This document shows positions 24,109-37,744 of a DNA stretch of 64,000 bases, piece after piece. Positions within the stretch are counted from its first letter, which is position 1, and the number at the start of each line of letters is the position of its first letter. Under the pieces are notes generated by a model. It made no database searches, was not told where the DNA came from, and worked only from the letters and a program-made list of their open reading frames with translations. The position numbers and the translations under genes are program-made. Source of the stretch: Octopus bimaculoides. Its lineage: Eukaryota. Location: NCBI RefSeq assembly GCF_001194135.2, contig NC_068987.1, positions 91,687,099-91,751,098 on the forward strand. The letters run 5' to 3'.

Positions 24109-24369
24109 TGTTTATTAATAACATTTGGAGCAGATTCATATGACATATGGTTTTCTGTGCACAAAGGCCGAACACATTCCATCAGATAATTACAGAAGTA
24201 AATCTTCTTCCCATATCTGACGAGATGAGCTCGTCCTGCACACCTGGACAACTTTAAGTCATATGGAGCTGAATCAAACTGCTATTAGATAATATCTGTA
24301 ACTCCCAGCAAATATAGTGAATGCCATTTTCTTTTGTTCGACCATTCACACGTGTCTATAAATAAATAA

Positions 24370-24372
24370 AAG

Positions 24373-24406
<34 letters not shown>

Positions 24407-24456
24407 ATACACACATATATAGACGAGCGAGTGAACAATATACATAGATATATGTA

Positions 24457-24522
<66 letters not shown>

Positions 24523-26454
24523 TATATACATGCACAAACATTCATATTCGTGTGTGTGTGTGTATATATATAGACGTGGGGATTTTGTCGGTGTGGTAAG
24601 ATGTTATTTAGTTACTTTGCTCGTACATATATAAGCCGCAAGAACTAAGCATTTCTGACGGTTGATTTTTCCCTGGATCATTCATTCTATTTTCCTAGAT
24701 GTAGTTCTTTCAATAATTTACATTTAGAATACCCGAGTTACCGTCTTTGTGAAGTTAGCCAATTATTGCGTCATTCTCTTACTGATAGTTGAATTATATG
24801 AAGAATAAGAAGAAGACGAGGCAAAGAAATTAGAGGACTGAAAGAAGATACGAACCGAACATGTATGGGAGGATGCAACGTGAAGTTTAGGATTCACAGA
24901 ATTGAGTCATCGAGACCAAACTTATTTATATTCTATAATCAGGTTCCATCTGATTATATACGCTGCATTCAAACCCCATAGGATGAATAAAAACACAATA
25001 TTATTAATCGATATCCTACGTACATGTATATGTGCATACAAACACAGACACACACACATACACACATATATGTATACACTCAGCTATAGAAATGTGTGTG
25101 TGCATGAGTAGAACTATAGACACCTACGCACACATATGTATACACACACACACACATATGTATACACACACACACACACATATATATAAATATATATGTA
25201 TATATGCATTTATGTGTGTATATATATATATATATGTATATATATACATATACATACATATATACAAACATACACACGCACACACATATATATATAAACA
25301 TATATAAACGTATATACATACATGCATACATATATATACATATACATGAGCATATGTGTGTGTGTGTCTGCATGTGCATTCTGAATGTGCATGATGCGTG
25401 TGTGTGTGTGCGTTTGTGTTTGTGTATGCATGGCCATGAATATTCTGAGACAACCGCTATTTCAAACAGCTTCAAGTAAATAAACTTTGAACCTTTCAGT
25501 TTTTTTTTTCTTCCACTTTATTGAATGCACCTTGACTGATTCATGCATGATAGATGTACACAAAGGTATTCCGACATATACACAGATAAGCACAAATGCA
25601 CACACATACAGACACACACGCCCGTATAGACACACGCACACGGGCGCATGCGCGGAAGCTTGTAGATATATACAGCAATGCGCTTATATTTAGATGCCTA
25701 TGCATGCGTTTGTGTAAAATGCGTATTTCTACGTATTATATATGTGTAAGTAAAGAAATATTATATGTGCATATATTCATTGCTTATTATATGCAATTTT
25801 CTGAATATATACATATATTTAGGCATGTACATTGACACACACAGTTATACAGAGAAACACACGCATACATACATATCTGAATGTGCTTATCAGAAGAAAA
25901 AAGAAGATTTTCAATTCACTACGTAAAATCGGGCCAAAAGCATTTTCCAAGCTATATTTAGTGATTACTAGTCCAGGTGACTAAAACGCGTATATTATAC
26001 GTATATATACCTACACATACAAACTCATACACATCCATTCACTGACAAACACTTACACACACACTCACTCTTTCACACACAAAGTCACATATCCCGAATT
26101 TCAGGGAAATACATACTTACACGTCGTTGATTATACAATCACAGATGCACACACGGCGTCTCAAACATTCGCACGTAAGCACAAAAGTACACACATGCAC
26201 ACACACACACACACATACACACACACAGACACACACACACACACACAAGCGCTAATCCACTCTAAGTACACAACACAAGATGATAAAATACACGATGACA
26301 CCAAAATTGAAACTAACTTCATCGCAAAAATTAGTTTCTATTCAAAAATTCTTTACCTCAGATTTTGTGTATGTGAGTATGTGTATATGTATGTATATAT
26401 GCATGTATGTATGAATGTATATTTGCTTGTATGTATGTAGATATGTTAGTAAAG

Positions 26455-26534
<80 letters not shown>

Positions 26535-26680
26535 ATATATATATATATGAATGGATATATACGTATATATATATATACATGTATATATATGTATAAATAT
26601 ATATGTGTGTGTGTGTGTAATCATGTGTGTTTATGTGTGTGTATGTGTGTATGTTTATATTTATATAGGGTGCAAAAATA
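24370..26680. repeat. Extended (TA)/(CA)/(TG) microsatellite mosaic
   Basis: Directly visible; includes a long pure (TA)n at ~26460-26530. Confidence 0.85.
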
Positions 26681-26837
26681 TAAAAAATGACACGTATTTC
26701 TTGGAGCGCGTGGTTTGAGAGGGTCTCGCTGGTGCCTCGCTGTCTAAGTAATGTAGTGAGTGTGTGCGTGTGTGTGTGTGTGAGAGAGAGAGACAGAGAG
26801 AGTGAGATGATGGCATTTCCATGTTGGTGCGTATGTA

Positions 26838-26900
26838 TGTGTGTACATATGTGTGTACATATGTGTGTACATATGTGTGTACATATGTGTGTACATATGT
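26838..26900. repeat. 12-nt tandem (GTGTACATATGT) x~5
   Basis: Directly visible (HICT repeat in the ORF track). Confidence 0.9.
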
Positions 26901-27260
26901 GTGTGTATCTGTTGCGTGTGTATCTGTTGTGTGCGTGTGCGCGCGTATTCATGTACGTAGCAACATTTACATAATCCTAAACTATAATATCACTAAACAC
27001 AGAACCAAGAACAATTGCCACATTCCTGTCAAGGCGTGCAAACAATTCGATCTAATAATAATTCCCAAAAGTGGAAACTTATAGTGTCTGTTCAACGAAA
27101 CCATTGGAAACCAAATGCACCCTGATCGCTGGGGCAAGCATCCACTTTTTCAACTGATGTTATTTTGAATTCAGATACCTCCTTCATTTTAAAAGATTTC
27201 TGCTATTTCCTCGCCCCATATTTTATATTCATCAATACTTAGTTTAATGACCTTGAAAAG

Positions 27261-27266
<6 letters not shown>

Positions 27267-27338
<72 letters not shown>
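27267..27338. repeat. (GA)n microsatellite
   Basis: Directly visible. Confidence 0.95.
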
Positions 27339-27342
<4 letters not shown>

Positions 27343-27704
27343 ATGAAGAACTTCGGGTATTTGCTTGAGAATGAAGCATCTGAAACCGATCGAACTGACC
27401 TCCCATTGGTTCTTCATTCTCTGTCACACTCCTTTTGGTTTTTCTTTTAGTTCCTTTCTCTCTCCACATCCTCTTCACTTTTTACTAATATGTTTTCTCT
27501 TAACTTCAACTCCTATCACCTCCGTCTTTCGCTATATTCACATTTTCATTACTGAATCTGCAAACTTTCTCTGACTATTCTATTGATGACTTTATCATCA
27601 ATACTCATTATGAATATCTGGTCTACAACTATGGCGTTTTCTGAAATACAGAACACTGTCCGTCATTAAAACACTTATGTCTCAATCTTCAGGCGATTAA
27701 TAAT

Positions 27705-27956
27705 CATCATCATCATCATCATCATCGTTTAACGTCCGCTTTCCATGCTAGCATGGGTTGGACGATTTGACTGAGGACTGGTGAAACCGGATGGCAACAC
27801 CAGGCTCCAGTCTGATTTGGCAGAGTTTCTACAGCTGCATGCCCTTCCTAACGCCAACCACTCAGAGAGTGTAGTGGGTGCTTTTACGTGTCACCCGCAC
27901 GAAAACGGCCACGCTCGAAATGGTGTCTTTTATGTGCCACCCGCACAAGCCAGTCC
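27705..27956 (-). mobile_element. SINE-like element family G, 3' part with (GAT)n tail
   Basis: Minus strand: GGTTGGCGTTAGGAAGGGCATGCAGCTGTAGAAAC ... GGAAAGCGGACGTTAAACGATGATGATG; the 5' part is lost in the gap. Single copy here, family assignment from recall. Confidence 0.65.
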
Positions 27957-28079
27957 NNNNNNNNNNNNNNNNNNNNNNNNNNNNNNNNNNNNNNNNNNNN
28001 NNNNNNNNNNNNNNNNNNNNNNNNNNNNNNNNNNNNNNNNNNNNNNNNNNNNNNNNNNNNNNNNNNNNNNNNNNNNNNN

Positions 28080-28162
28080 TGGGTCTCGAACCTACATGCC
28101 GGCTGAGTGTTTTACCATTAAGCTAAAACTTACCACTGACAAATTTATCCGCGAAGTTAGAT
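28080..28162 (-). mobile_element. tRNA-like Pol III head (family H), left arm of inverted pair
   Basis: Minus strand A-box TAGCTTAATGG (28115-28125) and B-box GGTTCGAGACC (28082-28092). Confidence 0.7.
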
Positions 28163-28221
28163 GCTGAATAGCTAAATGAGCATCTACGTGTACGTAAATA
28201 TAAATATTTTAAAAAATAACT

Positions 28222-28440
28222 GTCTAAATTTGCGGATCAATTCGTTAGTGGACAGTTTAGTTTAATGGTAAAGCACTCAGGTAAAGTCTCGATGGATGTA
28301 GGTTCGAATCTCTTGCCTGGTTGTTGACAATTTTTTTCGCTGTGTAAGGGTAATTTACCCAGTATATCTGCTGTTCCAACGTGAATTCCGTGTTCGAAAA
28401 TATATCTTATTTGTACCGTACAAATTTTATAAGCATATAT
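28222..28440 (+). mobile_element. tRNA-like Pol III element (family H), right arm
   Basis: A-box TAGTTTAATGG (28258-28268), B-box GGTTCGAATC (28301-28310), T7 run at 28331-28337. Confidence 0.7.
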
Positions 28441-31128
28441 TACATCGCATATATATATATATATATATATATAATGGGGGAAGAGAAGGAGAATAAAAGC
28501 AAAAATGTATAAATTTCGAATATTGCTGATATCAACTGTAAATCAATAGAGTTCAACAGCTGTTTCAATGGTGTGAATTATCATTCTATAATTCTGAACT
28601 CTTAGGATTATACACTTATCAGTAAATATTCTACTAGGTATACATATTTGTGCTTATATACATATACACATATATGTGCGTGTGTTTGTGTGACTAGGTA
28701 TCTATATTCATATTTTACCTTACAATTTTTCTCTACTTCAATTAAAGCAGTAACTGATTCTGATTACAATTTTTTTCTAACAATATTCGAAACATGTCGC
28801 TTTCAAATTAATTCATATTTTATGCATAGTGATTACATAAATATGTTGTTTTACGCCATTGAAACAGCTATTGAGCGTGTGTATATGTGCGTGTGAGTGT
28901 GTGTGTGTGTGTGCGTGTGCGTGTGCATATGTGTACCGGATGTGGCAAATTACATTTACATTTTATTTCAACATAATAATTTTACACATAATTCAGGTAC
29001 AAACTTATTATGCGCTACGGTGATAGCAAGCGGTAACCAATTTATATACACGCGAGTGCACACATTTGATACCAGACCTAATGCATCCATAGGCAAAAGT
29101 CAGAATGGTAAGTGCCTACCGTGACCAAAATAAAGTTATAACTACTGTCCAATATTGTATTGAGTGGTCTGTCCTTAAAGTCAATTAATGCTAAACTTAT
29201 GTCAATGTATATATACATAGTGGTGTGTGCAAAAGTCGGTATGCAGTAAGTATCACATCAATGTTACAATACTTAATTCATTAAAATTGTTAGTACATTA
29301 AATTAGTTAGCATCATTTTTAATATTTTCAGTGTAGTTAATCATAATAATACATTTATCATAACTATAATAATACTATTATCGTAAATTTTAATTTTTTT
29401 GATAAAAATAAATGAGTATTGTACGTGTTTTCTTTTTTCATAACACTACATGTACTTTTGCATTATACGAAATGTGTGTGTGTGTGTGTGTATGTTTGTT
29501 TCGATATGTGTATGTATGTGTATGTGTGTATGTTGAAGCTAAGCTTTCAGATATTAATGAACATTTTAAAATCGTTTCCCACCACTAATAATGGCTCCTG
29601 ACAGCACAATAACCCCAGATAACTCCTGTATTAATTCTGAGCCGTTTGCCATCACGTCATAGCAACATGTATCATCCACATAATTAGATGGGGAGCAACT
29701 AAACATGCCGATGCTAACGCACACCTTCAGACATTTTATGAGAAGCTGTTTGATTGTTTTCGAATTTAGATATCCTCAGGTTATATTGAAGTGATTTGGA
29801 ATATGGACTGTATAAAGCTTAGTGAAATTATTATAAATTTCAGAATCATGTTATCAAATATTTCTTGGTAATTAATCCGTTAGATTCGTATATTATATCA
29901 GACATAAAGTCAAGCGTTTCTCTCGAATCACCAATTAAACTATATTACAGCGGCCATCTTAATAACGTTTAAATATAATATATATGATATACGACCATGA
30001 ACGCGGTCAATATTACCAAATTATGGTTTATATATATACATANNNNNNNNNNNNNNNNNNNNNNNNNNNNNNNNNNNNNNNNNNNNNNNNNNNNNNNNNN
30101 NNNNNNNNNNNNNNNNNNNNNNNNNNNNNNNNNNNNNNNNNNNNNNNNNNNNNNNNNNNNNNNNNNNNNNNNNNNNNNNNNNNNNNNNNNNNNNNNNNNN
30201 NNNNNNNNNNNNNNNNNNNNNNNNNNNNNNNNNNNNNNNNNNNNNNNNNNNNNNNNNNNNNNNNNNNNNNNNNNNNNNNNNNNNNNNNNNNNNNNNNNNN
30301 NNNNNNNNNNNNNNNNNNNNNNNNNNNNNNNNNNNNNNNNNNNNNNNNNNNNNNNNNNNNNNNNNNNNNNNNNNNNNNNNNNNNNNNNNNNNNNNNNNNN
30401 NNNNNNNNNNNNNNNNNNNNNNNNNNNNNNNNNNNNNNNNNNNNNNNNNNNNNNNNNNNNNNNNNNNNNNNNNNNNNNNNNNNNNNNNNNNNNNNNNNNN
30501 NNNNNNNNNNNNNNNNNNNNNNNNNNNNNNNNNNNNNNNNNNNNNNNNNNNNNNNNNNNNNNNNNNNNNNNNNNNNNNNNNNNNNNNNNNNNNNNNNNNN
30601 NNNNNNNNNNNNNNNNNNNNNNNNNNNNNNNNNNNNNNNNNNNNNNNNNNNNNNNNNNNNNNNNNNNNNNNNNNNNNNNNNNNNNNNNNNNNNNNNNNNN
30701 NNNNNNNNNNNNNNNNNNNNTATATATATATATATATATCTGTATATATATATATATTGTATGCATGTTTATACGTGAGTATATATCGTTGAATGTATGC
30801 ATATACGTGTAAGTTAATTATTATTAATGACATCACGAAGTAGGCAGACACATATAGACGTTGCTTAGCTGCGGAATGTGTAGCATTAAGACTCTATGAA
30901 ATTAATATATAGGACCTGAATATATTGGCAGGAATATAATCAGAAAACTGTAAGAAAAATATTGGCAAAAAAAAAAAGAAAAAAATTGAGTCGGTTTGAA
31001 TCACGCAGAATTACACAATACATCATACAGAGATGGTTAGTAAATGGACGATGCCGGGATATCATATATACTCCGCTAATTATCTACCATTTTACTCTAT
31101 CTTAATATCTATATGTATGTATGTATGT

Positions 31129-32160
31129 CATTATGCAGTTTATTTCAAGATTCCTTGCCAATAGAAAAAGAAACGGTTTCTAACCTAGATCCAAGGTTCC
31201 TTCATTTGAATTTCAACATCAACAACAGAGTATGTGTGTATGTATATATGTATGTACGTATGTATGTATGTATGTATGTATGTATGTATGTATGTATGTA
31301 TGTATAGGCGCGGGAGTGGCTGTGTGGTAAGTAGCTTGCTTACCAGCCACATGGTTCCGGGTTCAATCCCACTGCGTGGCACCTTGGGCAATTGTCTTCT
31401 ACAATANNNNNNNNNNNNNNNNNNNNNNNNNNNNNNNNNNNNNNNNNNNNNNNNNNNNNNNNNNNNNNNNNNNNNNNNNNNNNNNNNNNNNNNNNNNNNN
31501 NNNNNNNNNNNNNNNNNNNNNNNNNNNNNNNNNNNNNNNNNNNNNNNNNNNNNNNNNNNNNNNNNNNNNNNNNNNNNNNNNNNNNNNNNNNNNNNNNNNN
31601 NNNNNNNNNNNNNNNNNNNNNNNNNNNNNNNNNNNNNNNNNNNNNNNNNNNNNNNNNNNNNNNNNNNNNNNNNNNNNNNNNNNNNNNNNNNNNNNNNNNN
31701 NNNNNNNNNNNNNNNNNNNNNNNNNNNNNNNNNNNNNNNNNNNNNNNNNNNNNNNNNNNNNNNNNNNNNNNNNNNNNNNNNNNNNNNNNNNNNNNNNNNN
31801 NNNNNNNNNNNNNNNNNNNNNNNNNNNNNNNNNNNNNNNNNNNNNNNNNNNNNNNNNNNNNNNNNNNNNNNNNNNNNNNNNNNNNNNNNNNNNNNNNNNN
31901 NNNNNNNNNNNNTATATATATATATATATATATGCAGATTTTTAAGTTTTGTTTCATGTATGTATTCTCGTGCATATCTAGACATGCTCATATATATTTA
32001 AATGATAAACTTCTGAAAAGTTTTACAGATTTTTACAGTTCCAGTAATGGATTGGCTCTGTAGCCTTCGAATTAGCTTTCTCCTTTCTGGTTTTGAGAAG
32101 CCTAATTTCTCAAGATTGGTATTTAGGCAGTGCATTACATATCTCAGGGCCCGACTAATT
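31129..32160 (-). mobile_element. RLE-LINE family E, 3' end, copy 2, interrupted by (TATG)n, SINE B and a gap
   Basis: Minus strand ALRYVMHCLNTNLEKLGFSKPERRKLIRRLQSQSITGTVKICKTFQKFII* resembles an RLE C-terminus; the UTR matches 16875-17090; (TATG)n on both flanks. Confidence 0.8.
31307..31406 (+). mobile_element. SINE family B, 5' end (young-looking), runs into gap
   Basis: GGCGCGGGAGTGGCTGTGTGGTAAG (A-box) ... GGTTCAATCCC (B-box) ... CACCTTGGGCAA. Confidence 0.9.
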
Positions 32161-32272
32161 ATGTATGTATGTATATATGTATGTATGTATCTCTCACTCC
32201 AACTCACTCTCTACATACATACATACACATATACATATATTCATACATACATATATATACATATATATACAT

Positions 32273-32305
<33 letters not shown>

Positions 32306-32349
32306 TATATTTATCATTATATATATATGAATATCTTTTGTGTTTATAT

Positions 32350-32526
32350 CGTACATGTTTCAGTCACTATATTGTGGCCACGCTGAAGCACCGCCTTGCA
32401 GAGTAGATCTCATTACATGTATTTTAAACCTGGTACCTATTGTATTAGTGTATTTGCCGAACCACTAAGTTAGAGGGACGTAAACAGACCAACACCGTTT
32501 GTCAGTTGGTGGTGAGGGACAAACAC
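32350..32526 (-). mobile_element. SINE family B, 3' half
   Basis: TTTCAGTCA ... GTGGCCACGCTG.AGCACCGCC ... GCCGAACCACTAAGTTA.AGGGACGTAAACA ... GGGACAAACAC. Confidence 0.8.
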
Positions 32527-32896
32527 CGTCACGAACATAGACACACACACTCACACACACATACATACATCTATTCAAAGGAGAATTTCATTCGTAAATT
32601 TTTGCAAGTATGATTCACCTGTTATTTACATCTTATTTTGAAATGTCTCATTACGTGACTTACATAATTTTCGTTAGAAAGACCTAACCGCGATGACCCA
32701 GTGCGGCCGGCGGCAACACTCTAGACAACAAACATTACACAAAAGAAGACGAAAAATAACATAGAAAATAAATTATTCACTATTTTGAAATTAGCTTCAT
32801 TTTTGATAAAGGGGAAAACAAACACCAACAGCGATTGAATAGCCATCACTTAAAGACAAAGGGGAGATAATTACAGTATGTATATATACGTATGTA

Positions 32897-32961
<65 letters not shown>

Positions 32962-33141
32962 TAGTTTTGCGACAATAACCTAATTCGTGTCATTTGAATT
33001 CAGCAAGATTAGGATAAAAGCATCTGCTTTATAGACAGACCGGCGACCACCTCATATAAATATATTTCTATTGTGGAGACATGGCAGATGTTTCTAGACG
33101 CATCCATCTCTTATTCTCTCAGCTACCGTTTCCTCGCGTTC

Positions 33142-33144
<3 letters not shown>

Positions 33145-33192
<48 letters not shown>
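33145..33192. repeat. (CT)n microsatellite
   Basis: Directly visible. Confidence 0.95.
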
Positions 33193-33195
<3 letters not shown>

Positions 33196-35878
33196 CGCTC
33201 ACGCTTTCCTCTCTTCTCACCATCTCCCTCCTCTCGAAATATATATTTGAAAATGCAGCACCGCTTGATCATGAGAATCGTATAATTGTTACATTATTCT
33301 CATACTTGTTGCAGCATCGCTATGAAGACTTAATATAATTTATATTATCTGAAAGAAACTAATACAAAATCTATTTGACTTAGATTTGAAATCAGAAACT
33401 AAAGGGAAGTAATCAAATACAACATTAGTGTTCTATCATAAGATTTACCGATTTGAATTACTATCAATAAACTAGGCATGTCGCTTTGTCTAATAATCTT
33501 TACTATTGCTCTTCTCGCGCATGAAACAAGATGCTTTCCTATACACACTTTGCTGTCCAGGCAAAAAATTCACCGTCGTTAAATCAAGGCAAATTGACCA
33601 CTGGCGCTTAGGCTAATATGATTTCTGTAAGACAATTTTGACATTTCCATATACTTTTTAAGTTTAATAAATGAGCAATTGGTAAAGATGCCTTGCGGTT
33701 TCCATTGTGCAATAAAGCACATTCCAAATTTCTGGTGGACCTGTCTATAAAATGCACCCAACTGGATGTTAGTGTATTTCTAGTTGCAGACAGTTCTTTT
33801 CTTTTTCCCTTGTTTGGATTCAGCGAACTGTTTTCATTAAATGAGATTTCATATCACCAATCTCAATCCACAACATTGAATTCTTTTCGAAGAACTGGTT
33901 TCGAAACTAAGTATTAGTTATATTCATTGCTAACATCTGCAGCTGACACCTAACTCCGAATTTCTTCAAAACCTAAAAAAGAAAGGTCAGGTGAGAGGTA
34001 AACACTAGTATGAGAATTTCTTTGCTATGTGCTATTGGTCACTTAGGTGATTCCAAACCAAAATATGCCTATATTTATTATTTTGTAACAGTTGAAACCT
34101 TTCACATTAACGGCATAAAAATAACACTAGTGGTTTTGCAGCTCTCGTCACACAATAGGCAATCCGATGTTTCAAAGCTGTTCTTATCTTTTGCCTATTA
34201 CCGAAGGAGTTCGATACAGACTTTCCATACCTTATGATAACTAATGGCTTATGTTCCATCTCCAAGCTTTAAACCAAAATAAGAAAGGCTTCTTTTACAA
34301 ACACGCTCGTCAGTTAATAAATCTTACAAATATTAAATTTGTTAAGAAAACTTCATTAAAATTTTATGTAAAAGAGAAATCTATCTCTGTTTTTCTCTGG
34401 TAAATAACAAAGCCTCAAACGTTCGTTATTTTGCTCACCATTGAGACTTATTGTGCTCTTCTGTAAAATATTTAACGCCTGTTCAATTATAAAACAATAT
34501 CCAAATTTTGAGAATTTTAATTGTATTTAACGCTCACTTATACTTTTGCATACCATAAATCTGTGTGCTGGTTGTTTCTTATATCTTTGGATGAAGAGTG
34601 TCAGGGGTCATGGACATTTACCGAGTCTTAGAAATTTGAAAGGGTAGGAGTGGCGAAAGAAACGAAAACTGAACAGTTGTGTTGTTACATTACAAAATCG
34701 TGCATCAGTATAACATATATATTCGGATATGAAAGCCGTCGTCAAAAGTGTGCAACAACATAAATCAGCAAAAGATACACAGTGAGTATGTGGGATTTGT
34801 ATAGTAAGCCATAGACTAGGCCTATATCTCAAAGACAACCTAATTAAGTTATCAGAACAAATGTTTTTTTTGTTTTTCTTTTCTTTTTTATGCGTCCTTT
34901 CTGAAATAGATTCCATATACTGCTTTGTAATGAAAAACATGGACTTAATATTTATATGTCACCGTCTTGTGTTTTTGTGTTTTTTTTTCGTTATTTTAGA
35001 TATTCATTTTTGTGTATAATTGATCGGTTTCTGTTTTCCTTGATGTTTATTCTGTTGTTGTTTTTGGTCGATGTTTGCTGTGCGTTGTACACTCTACTTT
35101 CAAAGAAGACAATTCGTTATTGTAAATATTGACAGTGAATAGTCAATTTAACTTCTGTATTCCGAAATGTAACGATATACCAATACCCAAATCAGTGATT
35201 ATATGTGAAGCATCACATGAGAATAAGAACAAAAAATAAAATAATGCATGAACAAAAATGATAACAAAACCAAGAACTAACAAAGCAGTTGTCCAATAAA
35301 TAAACAAAGCACTAATACATCAAATAGGCAGAAAGATAAATAAACATCGATCTTATTAATCATTAAGGCTTAGAGTGGAAGATAAACCAGCACAAAATGG
35401 AGGGAGGGAGAGAATCAAAATGGCGAAAATATGTAATTATATAGTATCAACGTCTTATTAAATTTACAGATTGATTTTACAGACACGAAAAAAAAGATGC
35501 AAAATTAAAGAGGAAACAAATACACAGTATAAACACCGTACACCACTCTGTTTTAAGCATACACACAATCACTCTCTTTCTCTCTCTCTCTCTCGTCGCT
35601 TTCTATCTCTGGAAATAGAATAAATATACATACACAAACACGCGCACACAAATATATATATATATATGCGCGTACAAACATATATACACACACACACATA
35701 TATACACACANNNNNNNNNNNNNNNNNNNNNNNNNNNNNNNNNNNNNNNNNNNNNNNNNNNNNNNNNNNNNNNNNNNNNNNNNNNNNNNNNNNNNNNNNN
35801 NNNNNNNNNNNNNNNNNNNNNNNNNNNNNNNNNNNNNNNNNNNNNNNNNNNNNNNNNNNNNNNNNNNNNNNNNNNNNN

Positions 35879-35929
<51 letters not shown>

Positions 35930-37439
35930 CATACATACATATGTTTATATATATATATATATTTATTTAATATCTATACAAATATATTTATGTGTGTATA
36001 TAAATTTATATACAAGCATATATATATTACTTACATATAGTATATGTTTATGTGTACATATATATATATGAATANNNNNNNNNNNNNNNNNNNNNNNNNN
36101 NNNNNNNNNNNNNNNNTTTATATATATATATATATATGTAGCAACATGTGTGTGTGTGTTTACTCACACATACACGCACGCACACACACGTATATGTACG
36201 CACAAAAGATAAGGTTTATTAAAAATTATGGCAATTTTCAATTATGACAGTTTAGATTTGTTAAAAAGCGACATTTATGTCTTCGTGTCAAATTAATGAA
36301 ATAAAGAAATTAAAGAGAAAGAAAGACAGAAAGAAAGGAAAGAAAAATGAAAGAATAATGTAAGGTAGGAATGAAGGAAGAAAGGAAGGCAAGAAAGAAG
36401 AAAAAGAATGGTGAACGAAGGCGGTCGAAATTATTTTAAATTGAATTGAATTGTGAAGTGAAAAGTTTCTTCTTCAAGACAAATCGTCATTAGTAGAATG
36501 ATTTCTATTCATAGGAAATAAATAACATTAGCAGAGTGTGACACTTTCAACTAGAATCCACTGTTTGTTTCTAAATAATTACTTGATTTATAGTTCGAGA
36601 TGTTTCTTGTTGATTCTCTTTTCCTCTGTCTCATTGTTATTCATCTTTATTTTAGCCAGCAGCCTTTATTAGCTATTAAAGAGCAATTAATCAGTTTTTG
36701 TTTGCTGTTTATTGCTGGCATATTATTGGACATAAGACATCATAATCACTTATAGAGATGAAGCTCTAGTATACGTGTGTATATATGTATATGTGGATAT
36801 ATATTGTACGCATGTATGTAAGTATACACCTGTGTGTCTGTGCACACATATACAGATACACAGAGTCACATACTCATATACGTACATATACACTAATATG
36901 TGTGTGAGTGCGTGTATGTATGTATATATATATATATATATGAATGTGTATGCGCATGTGTGTTTGTACGGTAGGTATGTATCTGTGTAGAGAAAGGCAG
37001 AGGGAGAAAGATAAAAAATTGAGAGTGAGATAGATCGATAGGTAATAGAAGAAGAGAGGGACGGAAAGATATGGAAAGAGGGTGTGAGAGGCGAGGAAGA
37101 TATAGAGCCAGACAAAGAAAGAAAGATAGAAAGAAAAGGAGAAAATATGCTTTGAATTAGCTAAGAAATTCAGTTTTACGCTGGCTTATGGCTGTACGTC
37201 TAATACCAATAGTGTCTTTTATATTTCTTTCTGAGAATAGCGAGAACAAATTAAATGAACAATAGTAAATACCATTTAAAAAATTGGTGAAAAGTTATTG
37301 TTTACACAATTATATCGAAATTTAGAAAGTACAGATTTTACCATTTCTTGGAAATATTTCATGGAATCTCTTGCAGAGGAGATAATATGAAAAAGTTGCA
37401 AGCCTTGAAACATTTTTGCTATTATTCTATTTGGACCAG

Positions 37440-37638
37440 AGAATGGATAGCACTCCGAGCGAAATGATTACTGGTATTTCGACTGCCGCTACGTTCTGAG
37501 TTTAAATTCCGCCGGAGTCGACTTTGCCTTTCATCCTTTCGGGGTCGAATAAATAAATACCTGTTATGCACTGGGGTAGAGGAAATCGAGTAGGCCCCAC
37601 CCCCAAATTTCAGGCCACGTGCCTTTAGTAAAAAGGAT
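37440..37638 (+). mobile_element. SINE family A, slightly 5'-eroded
   Basis: CGTTCTGAGTTTAAATTCCGCC ... TTTCATCCTTTCGGGGTCGA ... CCCCAAATTTCAGGCC. Confidence 0.9.
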
Positions 37639-37700
37639 TGTTTTATTGGCTCCAATAACGCAAGATCTTGCTCACACACACGTACTCATGCAGGCACACA

Positions 37701-37744
<44 letters not shown>

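Noticed and set aside
29117-29250. Tc1-like TIR words (TACCGTGACCAAAATAAAG; TAGTGGTGTGTGCAAAAGT)
   Set aside because: No partner TIR or transposase could be identified.
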